Assembly (NCBI GenBank): GCA_001179505.1
Contig: CDMY01000424.1
Span: 1-64,000, forward strand
DNA length: 64,000 nucleotides
From: Vitrella brassicaformis CCMP3155
Lineage: Eukaryota; Protista; Chromerida
Direction of reading: 5' to 3'
The notes beneath the pieces were generated by a model that searched no databases, was not told where the DNA came from, and worked only from the letters and a program-made list of their open reading frames with translations. Made by a program: the position numbers and the translations under genes. Shown here piece by piece: positions 22,604 through 32,908 of this stretch (positions are counted from its first letter, which is position 1; every line of letters begins with the position of its first letter).

Positions 22604-24580
22604 ATGTTCCCCAGATCCAGCCTCTTTCACTATTCCCCGTTTGCAACACCACAGATATCGATGCCCACCAGTATTCCCGTGCCGGTCGGCCGCGAGTGGC
22701 ATGACATCAAGCAGGTGCTCTCAAAGATCACAGGCGGCGTGAGAGACCCCCTGCAGCTCATGGTCGTGCTCAAGGAGGTCCAGCTGTGCAAGCGAGCGGT
22801 GTCGGGATCCCCTCATTCATTCAGTGGCGTTCCGCTGCTCTTCAAAGGCATTCCACCCGACGTCACAGCGCACTTCCTCAACCACACCCTGCCCATTATG
22901 GCCAGCGAGCTGATCCGCAGCAACCTCTCGGCAGGAGATTTGCCACACTACATCAGCCCCGCGTCGCAGCACAGGGCTGTGGCGCTCACGGCCCATCAGG
23001 TCTTCCTGCTGCTGTCGGCGGCCTTCTTTGGCATGTATGGGCCCACCCCCTTCGACACATGCAGCCGCGACATCAGCGGAGCGTCCATCAACTTCGGGCC
23101 GCTGTTCGACTCGGTGCACAAGTCCACGGCAGCGGCCAAGCTCCACTGCTTCATCCTCTACTTCATCGCCATGGCCGCCGCCGTCGAGAGATCAGATGAG
23201 CGACAGCTGCGGCGCAACATCATCTTCAAGAGGCTGGACGGCGGGCGGCATGCCACAGCCGATCAGTGGGCACAGTCGACAGCCCGTCTGCTGCCCGTGA
23301 GGGTGATGGGATGTGCCGACCGCATAGAGTGTTCGCCGGGCCTGCAGGCCGACTTCGCCAACAGAGTGCTCGGCGGGGGAGTACTCGCATCAGGTGCACA
23401 ACAGACACACACACAGAGGGAGGGAGGAAGGTCGTGCAGGCAATGGCCATCTCTGTGTGTGTGTGTGTGTGTGTGTGCAGGGAGTGTTCAGGAGGAGATT
23501 CGCTTTGCCATATCGCCCGAGCTGCTCGTCGCACGGCTTATCATCCCGCCACTCAACGACACCGACGCCGCCGTCATCACTGGGACCAAACAATTCGCTT
23601 TTTATTCCGGGTAAGGATACCACACAGACACTCCTCCCTGTCCACCTGTTGATTTAATTCAGGTACGGTCGGTCATTCTGTTGTGTGGGTGCGTGTGGGA
23701 GCGAGCGGCAGAGTGCTGTGGTGGCACTCGATGCCATCGACTTCAGAGGCCGCTCCCCGTGGACACAATACTCGGTGGCCTCGCTGCTCCGAGAGACCAA
23801 CAAGGCCTTCTCGGCTGTGAGCGAGCTCGAATTGAAGAGCCTGCCATTCGCGACAGGTGAGTGGCATGGCCATGCCTCTCCTTTGGGTGATTGGTTTGTT
23901 GCTCGGCTGATTTGTGTCAGGGAATTGGGGCTGCGGTGTCTTTGGCGGCGATCCGCAGCTGAAGGCCCTCATCCAGTGGATGGCATCCAGCCAGGCAGGG
24001 GTGCTCATGCACTACTACCCCTTCGATGACAAGCGCATCAACGGCCTGGCCGTCGTGTGCCGTCTCATAGTGGCGGCGGGGTGGAGTGTGGGCGACCTCT
24101 GGCGGTTCATCAGCCGCGATGAGGACAACCTCCACCGATACGGCGTCTTCAAGTGCATCATGTACCACCTCCAGCACCATATGCAGGTGACTCTCTCTGT
24201 CTGCCTGTCTGGCAAGCACCGACCCAAGCTTTGGCGTGTGAATGTGTCCTTTCAGAGTTTGAGTCATGGTGTCGGTGTGCATGATCGTCGTCGCGTGGGG
24301 GCTGCATCGCACTATGGTGCTCTGCCATCATCCCTGGCACCCAATGACAGCTCCGTCACCAAGTGTAGTACCGCGACGGCCTTCGACAGAGACATGGAGA
24401 GGACGGTGGACCAGTGCAAACAAGAGGTGAGTCGGCAGGACACCGAGACACGTGGATGTCATCGATTCGATGCCGTGAAATGTGTGAGTCATTCAGATGA
24501 GCGGTGCGGGTGCTGAGACACGTGAGCAGCCAGAGGATCATGACGATGAGGAGGAGGAACTGATCTCTGGCTTCGACTGA
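22604..24580 (+). CDS. PARG: Poly(ADP-ribose) glycohydrolase, copy 2
   Basis: ADFANRVLGGGVLASG|SVQEEIRF, FYSG|YGRSF, ALDAIDF, RETNKAF, FATG|NWGCGVFGGDPQLK; acidic C-terminal exon. Confidence 0.93.
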
Positions 24581-24781
24581 GTGAGCTTGCTGCCTTTTTG
24601 ACATATATAGATCGACCCATTAGACTTTTTTGCATCCATAGTTTATCGTTTGGGCCCAAACAAACTTCGTCTCAAAGCCCAATGCCGTAGACACTCACTA
24701 TCGTCGGCACAGCACACAGCACAGCACAGCACAGCATAGCACACATCCGCACAATGGAAACGTCTTCAGAAGCGAATCTAC

Positions 24782-27700
24782 TTAGGCCGACAACTCGGCA
24801 CCATCCTGTTCGGCCGTGCCGAAAGTGAATCCGTTGGCTGCGGTGGATGGCAGCAGTACATCCTTGACGAACATGGCCTCGACCATGGACCTGCTCATGG
24901 GTGGGGAAGGTAGGCTGACGGGCGAGGCAGCCATGGAGCTGTTGTTGTTGGTATCCAAATTGTCGCTCCTGCCCGTCTCGTCCTCTTCGCTCTTGCCGGC
25001 CTGCGACGGGGTTGCCGAGGGAGGCGTGGGCGGGATGAGGCTGTCCCGCACGATGCCAGTGGTGATGCGGTCACCCAGGGAAGGCACGGACAGCAGGTCC
25101 TTGGCCTCACTGATTGACCCCCTCGGATCCCGCATGACCTCTCCCTGGGGCTCTTCTATTTGTCCATCGGCCGCGTCTCGCAGCAGAGGTGGCTCGGGGC
25201 TTTCGTGTCTCGGTGCGGCATCGATTATCACAGTGGGGGTGACCTCCTTGTCTTCGGGGCCACCGTCATCGTCTGCTGAAGGTTCCTCCTCGTGGATTGT
25301 CTGCGGGAGACGGAAGCCTTCAGTGCCTGACACCGGTGACACCGCAGTGGAGTGCCACAGATGTCGGTGTGCTGTCCGTCCATGATTTGCTCACCGCCGT
25401 CATCCTGTGGCGAGCCATCAGCCGAGCCATCGATGTTGTTTTCAAACGTCACTGATCTGCCTCGTCTTGATGCAAACTGCTGCCGCAGTGACTGTATGTA
25501 TGGATGCATACATACATACATACATACACAGATGACACAGGAACATGCACCAGACAATCGCCTCACACCCCCCCGGCCGTCTGTGCCGTGTCTCACTCAC
25601 CCCTGCAGGTGCAGTAGTGGCCAGTTGCTGCCGTGTGTCGGCCGCCTTCTCAGCACCGCCACCCTCCATCTCCATCTGAATAAAACCATACATGGGTGGC
25701 ACAAGCAGAATAGACATACCTGTACATCCATGGCGACCGAGTTGCCGTCTCACCCACCCACCTCAGCGCCGTGCCGCTGCTCGTCACGGTGTTGTTCCGA
25801 TGGCATCATGGTGATGGGGTGGTCCATGGGCTGCGTCAGCCGCGAGAAGCTGCGTGTCCCTGCGAGGTTCTTCAAGACCCCAGGCCGCCGACCCGCCAGC
25901 TGATTGAGCATGGATGAATTCCTCCTGTCATATTCGACGATGGAGAACGGGCTGAGGGAGCCCGGCTCATGGCGGGGCAGGTCGCGGCTCCGCGTGCTGC
26001 TGCTGGCCGTGCGAAGCTTGGGGCTGCGGCCAATGGCCTTGGCCTCCTTCAGAAACGAGAAGTTCTCAAACAGTGCGAACTCTTTGATGATCGAGCCGAG
26101 GGACGTGACGAGCACATTCGGGAAGCGGCTGCTAAGGAACTTGTTGAGCTGCACGATGTCTGCTGTTGGCGTCGTGCAGAGCAGGATGGGCACCCGCACC
26201 CCGATGGACGTCAGCCACTGGACGATCTGGATGCCGGGGAACTGCTGCGCCCCTCCCATGGCGTCTGCGTCCGCAGACTGCTCGGCCGACTGCATGAAGA
26301 AGTGGGACGTCGACACCTCTGACGGCCGGCCGCCGGTGGATGTGAGTTGGGTGCTCTTGCGGCTGATGATTTGGGATGGCCGCTCCGGAACCTTTAGGAC
26401 TCGGCGCTTGTCGTCTGTAGTGTGGCTGCTGGGAGTGCCCGTGTGTGCCGGGGCTGGGGGCGGTGCACCGGCTGTTGCAGCGGGTGGAGCGCCCGTAAGA
26501 TCAGTGATGATGCGGAATGTCTGTGAGGCCTTGCTGGAGAAGAGGGCCGGTCTCAAGCGGTAGACATGCTGGATAAACACCTGGCCCTCGGCTATGGAGT
26601 CTATCGTCACAATCTGCATGGACGGACAAAGGGAGACACGCAGGCAGGCATGGACCAGTGACGGTGTAAGTGTGTCTCAGTGAGTCACAGCCACAAACAA
26701 ACCTGTGTGCCGTCGGCCCTGGCCTCGTCATGTATGTCTGCGTAGCGCTTGTTGTGGCAGCACCACCATAGCAGCATTCGCTGCATCACACAAACACTGC
26801 CCCGCCTTTCCAGGCTATGACTGACTGACTCACTCACTTTTGTGTGTGCGGCCTCCTCGGGCGCCTTGTCGATGCTGACTTCAAAGCTCTTGACCAGGCC
26901 GTCGATCTTGTTATGCAGAGAGAACACCAAGCCCCACAGCTGAATCTCGAACGGGCTCTTGACGTTGGACTCCAGGCTCACACCGCGCGAGAACAGATAG
27001 GTCGTCATGGCTATCATGAAGGCACCCACCAGTAACGCGCCCAAACTTATCAGCAGAAACAGCACAAATCCTGCAGCAAACATACAACCCATTCAACCGG
27101 AGAGAGACACCTCACTGTCGCCGAAAGTGCGTGGGCTGACCTCCGAAAAGGTTCTCGTTGAGCAGGGGCCCAGTGGGGAAAATGGATATGCTGAGTTTGA
27201 GCATCGCCAGGATGCTGACACCCAGGCCCCTGAACTCCTCCACTCTGCTGCCATACAGCTGCACACACAAGACACAGTACGTACGTGTGTGTGTGTGTGT
27301 GTGTGTAGTGCGAGGAGTGGCAGCCAGCATCCGTGTGGACGAACCGCGTTGATTGCGAATGCCCACGGTATCAGCATGCACATGAGGAGCAGGAAGAACA
27401 GCAGCACCCCAGGCAACATGCGGAAGAATACCTTGACTGCGTATTGGTCGGCAGGTGCATTCATGGAGACAGACGTGGGAAGATGGAAAAGCCTTACGGG
27501 GATGCCTCTCTTACCGAGCGACCTCATGTGTTCGGTGGCCTTAAGGCAAATTAGGTTCAGGCCAAAGATGATCTTGAAGGGCAGCAACAGGCACGCAAAC
27601 GAATAAGCCTGCCGGCATCCATCCAAGAGCAATCAGACCCACAAGCAACCATCGACTGATTGATGTTGACCAGCTTTCCCGTTTCATGTAATGGCTGACA

Positions 27701-29555
27701 CATACATACGTACATTTCTCTCGAGTCTTGCGGCGTCGCTGAGAGCTGAGAGGGAGACGAAGGACTGCGTGTCGTCTAAGTCGGCCTTGAGGAAGACATG
27801 AATGCTGCAATCGACCAGCAGACAACCATGGCACGAAACACGGTATTAATGGCTGAGTTGCATGTGGAAGCCCCCGTTGCGTACGCAATGAATCTGCATG
27901 TGATGGCATAGACGATGGTTCCGAGGAGGAGCAGCTCGCACAGATGGACATGCAGCCTCGCACGGAGATTCATCTCGAGAAGCAACTGCAATACGACGCG
28001 AAACGTCAACAGCAGAGGTAACACGAGAGACGCACACACCATCGGTTGCTCGATTGCCTCCTCACCTTGAGGAACATGAGTAGGACCACAACGAAAAAGA
28101 AACTGTCGATGCAGATGAACAGCCAGGCGAACTCCGTCTGCAGAGCATACGACTCGAGGGCGAACAGCGCCACGGCCTCAACATGAAAGGCCGTCTGCAC
28201 TGACTGATCCGCAAACTTCTCTATCGCAAACCTGCAAGATCCATATACAATAGTCGACAAAACACAACAGCGAGCATACGCCGGTCGTTGCCACCTCGTG
28301 CACGTCTTGTCTTGTCTTGCCTGCCGATGACAAGTCTTCTTGTATGTTCGTCGACGAACGACATGTCGATGAGCACCAGCCTGGTGAAATCATCCAGCCA
28401 CTGCTCCATTCTCAGCTGCTGCACCTTCTTCATCAGCTCAGAATATGGCTCCGCCAGCTCTATCACATAGGCGTGGTAAGGGTATCTTGTGCCCTTCCGG
28501 CCGACATAGGAAGTCGACGACAAGTCGCGAATCGATACAATCCGGTACTCCTCACACTTGGGTTCCGCGCAGTAGGGGCTAGGTGGCTCGGGGGGGGTCT
28601 CGGTAACGGTGCTCGGCGTGGACGCCCAGCCCCAACCAACGCCCGTTTTAGCCACCGCTGAAAAATCTCTGTCGTCGAAATTCTTATAATCGATGCACTT
28701 GTTTGGGGGTCGAGGGAAGCTGCCTACACCGCACACATAACACACCCGAGGCCACCGAGTAAGTGACGTCTCTTATGCAGCTGGCTGGTCGGCGGTGTGG
28801 CTCGACACACACACAACCCTCACCATTGGAGACGCCGCCCCTCTCTCGTCGATGCGTGTCGATGGATTCATCGAAATCAGGGCAGTCGCCCCGTCGAGGT
28901 GCGCGTGACCTCAATTGGGCGAGCCGAATGCCTCCCAGCGGCCGCAGCGATGTGGGGTATTTGCTGAAGTAACGATACAGCAGCGTCTCCTCCACCCAGC
29001 GCCAGAAGGGCGTCGTCGCTTGAGACACGATCTTCACGAAATCGTCGGTTTCCGCCTCAATCATTGCTGGTTGAGGCAGAGGAGGAACAACACAAATCCT
29101 GACCACATGCTGCCTCGTCTCACGCACCTTCCCGCGTCTGCATTGTGCTGAACGTGTCGGCATCATATAGCTGCAAGCGAAAAGGGAGAAGAATTCTGGA
29201 CGTGTGAATGGGTGGGCAGATATGGCTGCGTGCATACGGACCTTGCGGATGGCTACGGTCGTCTGGTAGTCAAGCCCCGAATGCAGGTCTCGTGAGAAAC
29301 CAAACATCCACTGAGGCAAGCAGGGGCGTCTCCTCCGTTCAGGTAGACTGGTGATTCTTTGCTTACGATGAAGAGTGCGACGTATGCGAAAACCAAAATC
29401 TTCTCCATGCGGCCATGCAGCAACCTGAACGCAGAGAAGCGAGAGTCTGTGGGAAACAACGGAGAGGGCCGCTCAATCTCGTACCCATAACGAAACCATA
29501 CTGACAGGCGCCCAACAGAGGACAGGTTGACCCAATCGGCTGCGGACACCGCCAT
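24782..29555 (-). CDS. Polycystin-like (PKD2/TRPP-type) cation channel with long cytoplasmic tail
   Basis: TM1 followed by a large loop with LGGIRLAQLR and QLRMEQWLDDFTRLVLIDMSF (polycystin-domain signature), then several TM exons and a pore-like segment (FRGLGVSILAMLKLSI). Confidence 0.7.
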
Positions 29556-29676
29556 TTGCTTCGTGAACAGGCGTTGTGGCCCTGATGTTGGCTTCTTCGT
29601 GGCCGGAACGCCTTCGACCCTCCGATTTACATCTGCGAGCTTAGAGGTGAAGGGGCCGGAGAGGGATGAGAGCGTC

Positions 29677-30589
29677 ATGAACACCACTCGTGTGAAGATC
29701 ACGTGCGTCGGGCCTCCGCGGAGCGGCAAGTCGTTTATCTCCAATGTGTTGGCAGAGATCTGCGAGGCGCCTTCCTCACGCTACCGACCCACCGTAGGCG
29801 TTCGAATTGTCGAGGTGGAGAGAGAGAAAGTGACCTGTGAGCTCTGGGACGTGTCAGGAGATCAGAGGTCAGCACACATCTGCCTGGGTCATTCATCGCA
29901 ATTGTCCTCATTCTCACTCTGCGTTGTGTTGCGGTGCGTTTTACATGTTCAGATACTCATCGTGTTGGCCAGCGATTCAGCAGGGCGTGTCTGGAGCACT
30001 TTTTGTGTACGACGCAGAGGTGCAGACAGCTGACCTCGAGACCTGGTAAAGGAACACACGGCACACCGCACACAGCATGACATGGAGCTGCTGCGTTGTC
30101 TGTCTGTCTGTCTGTCTGTCTGCAGGTACCATTCGTTCGCGACCTCTCTCGGCCTGACGCCCACCCAATGCATGGTGCGAAAGAGCCAGCCAAAGGAAGG
30201 GATCCATGTGACTTTCCTCTTGTCGCTCCGTTCAGCTGGTGTGCAACGTCAAGCGACCCGACATGGAGAGAACACCGCAGCCCCGTAAGTGGCAGAGCCG
30301 TGAGAAGCGATTAGAGTGAGAAGCGTCTGACTCCCCATGGGTGTCCCTCCATGCATCAGCGGGGAGATTTCACGCGCTGAAGGAGTGCGGCAACTTCTGT
30401 GTGGTGTCGGGCAGCACTCTCGCCGCCTTCCGAGAGGCATTCGGTGCCTTTCTCGACAAGGTAAGACCGGCGCTCACTACAAGTGGATTGATCAACACAG
30501 GTGATGGGTCTCCTTGGTGCCCGTGTTGTCAGGCGGTGGCCAGCCAGGAGGCCAAGGTGCGGTCTGAAGAGGAGGCACTGTTGAAGTGA
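29677..30589 (+). CDS. IFT22: Intraflagellar transport protein 22 (Rab-like 5)
   Basis: VKITCVGPPRSGKS, YRPTVGVRIVE, ELWDVSGDQR|YSSCWPAI, W|YHSF, matching the RABL5/IFT22 pattern. Confidence 0.85.
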
Positions 30590-31112
30590 ATAGCCAGGGG
30601 AGAAGGCCTGTCTGCTTACTTGATGGCCTGACACTCTCTCTCTTGGTGCGACTGGTAGATAGCCCCAGGATTGATGTGAATAGTCTTCTTAGTTCAATGG
30701 ATGGGGCTACTGATGGGTATACTGACTGACTGATGCATTGCCGTGCATGACGCATCATACATTGACATGTACATGGATATCAACATCATGTTAGACGAGG
30801 GCACGCCGCCTGCGGCCTGTCGTGATCGGTGTGTGTGCACAAACACCCATCACGATAGGCTGCAGGTGCGTGCCTGTCGTCTAACTTGGTCAACTTTATG
30901 TTAGTGTAAGCTGTTACCAAACCACGCAACCACTGACTGTAGAGAGCAGGCAGAGAGAGCGTCAGCTGGCTCTGCTGAATCACTGCACGCCATGTCGACA
31001 ATCAACAGGCCGCCATCCATCCCCCCATCCATCCATCCATCCATCAATGCACCTCATGCGATGCATCCGTCTATCAGTCAGTTACTGAGTGCAGTGCAGT
31101 CAGTCACTGAGC

Positions 31113-31376
31113 TCATCTGATCCTGATGAGCGTCTCGCCTCGCCTGATGAACTTCTTCCTGCCGCTTCTGTGGGTCTTGCGCTTCATGTTGGTGCCCCAC
31201 GAACGACGAATGGCGAACTGGCGCACACAGATAGCCGCCGGATGAGGACCCCACACCGGACCGCTGACACTCATTGTGGACCACCCGATAGATCTTGTCG
31301 ATGAAGTTGCACTTGCTTGCATGGTTCTGACGGCTGTTTGTCGGCAGAAAGGTGGCATTGCCCGGCACGCAGCCAT
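31113..31376 (-). CDS. Small basic protein, probable mitochondrial ribosomal bL35-like with targeting presequence
   Basis: 87 aa with an acid-free Arg/Ser/Ala leader and C-terminal MKRKTHRSGRKKFIRRG, similar to bL35 MPKMKTHRGxAKRFKxTG. Confidence 0.45.
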   Translation of the reverse strand: MAACRAMPPFCRQTAVRTMQASATSSTRSIGWSTMSVSGPVWGPHPAAICVRQFAIRRSWGTNMKRKTHRSGRKKFIRRGETLIRIR

Positions 31377-31411
31377 TGCGCTTGCGCCCCGCAGCAGTCC
31401 CGAGGACAGGG

Positions 31412-31430
31412 TTAGGGTTTTTGAAACCCT
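31412..31430. promoter_or_regulatory. Inverted telo-box-like pair AGGGTTT-TTG-AAACCCT in a bidirectional spacer
   Basis: Perfect 7-bp inverted repeat between divergent ATGs at 31376 and 31544. Confidence 0.35.
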
Positions 31431-31543
31431 TGCGCCTTTGCGTTCCCGCGCCCTAGCTGCCCCTTCCGTCCAGCCGTCCCTCCTTCCATCAGTCGTTTCC
31501 CCCTCCTCCAGAACGTGTGCCTGGCTCCTGATCTCCCCTGACG

Positions 31544-32008
31544 ATGCCGAAGAAATCTAATTTGCAGATCAGCAGCTGGAACTTCAACCCGCACCGAGTG
31601 TTGGCGAATGCGGACATGCGGCCGGGGACCCACCTCATTTGGCAGCGGTCAGTGGGGGGGTCCGAGGAACAGCTCAATGAGCACATCAATCAAGCCCTGA
31701 TGCGAAGCCAACCACCACAACAGCCGGTGAGTGTGACGCACACGAATGCGTGATGCATCGACAGAATGAACGAAGAGCAGCACCGGCTGGCATCTGGCTG
31801 TCTGGCTGTCTGTGTGTGTACCGTCGCTCAGACTCGATGGCAGAGGTACTTCGCGAGGAACAAGGCATTGCTGGCGGCCCTGACGGTGATATTTGGGGGT
31901 GCGTCCGTGGTGATCTACCTGGGTAATACCTGGAAGCCGCCCGGCTTCACCGACAAGAGCAGGAAGCTCCGCAAGGAGATTCTCGAGCAGCACTTCCACG
32001 AGGTCTGA
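31544..32008 (+). CDS. Small single-pass membrane protein (~120 aa)
   Basis: Two exons (intron 31727-31831, phase 0) giving MPKKSNLQ...QQP|TRWQRYF...LLAALTVIFGGASVVIYLG...HFHEV*. Confidence 0.7.
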
Positions 32009-32908
32009 CGGCTGCCTGCCTGCCTGCCTGGCGTGTCTGTCCACCCTCCTTGTTTTGCGGAGGGCTGGGCTGCGAGGGAGGGAAGGAGGGCTGGGGTGGG
32101 GTGGGCGGCTGTCCATGGAAGGCGGGGCGTGTGTATTGACTGTTTGCTGACAGACCTTTCATGTCTGGTGGGCTGTCTTGCAGTTTGAGTGTGTACAATC
32201 AGTCAGTGAGTGTGTTCCGTGTACCCTTGCTTTGCTGTTGCCACTTGTGCCTGCTGTGGGAGGGAGACGAGGCACACAGACACACCACAGCACCACGGGT
32301 GCAGTTGCTGCGAAGAGAGAGAAAGGCGAGATGTATCAGTTTTTGTGGGTGTGGTTGTAGTTGATCGACAGTATGTTGCAAGACCCTGCAACGACCACCC
32401 AAGTTTGTCAACTGTGGATTCACTCTGTAACCACAGCCGAATCAACGGTCCCATCCATAGTCACGCCATCACATGTCGGCTGACCCACACATCACTGACT
32501 GTTAATTCGCTCCTTTCCGCGTTGTATGTAAAACTCTTTTTGACGCTTGTGACAAGGATACACAGGTACGCCAGGCCACAGTCATCATATATGGGCGAAA
32601 AATACTCTCGACCAGCACCACAGAGGCACACTGAATGACTGTACACACGCAAATCAGTGTCGCATTAGGTCCATCGGGCCCCCCCGAGCCCCCACTGCTG
32701 CACGCCACACCTCTCTGCACACCAACATGCACTGCACAGACCCCGGTGAAGGCGTACTCACGATACAGCTGCATTGGCCAGAGGGAGAAAACCGCACCGA
32801 AAAGAGCGGGCCTACCACTGGTGGTGATACAGATGCCGACTCGGATCGAGCAGGAGGCACAATCACGCCACGAAGGATTGCGATAAGGCCGGCCGTCTGT
32901 CTGTCTTG

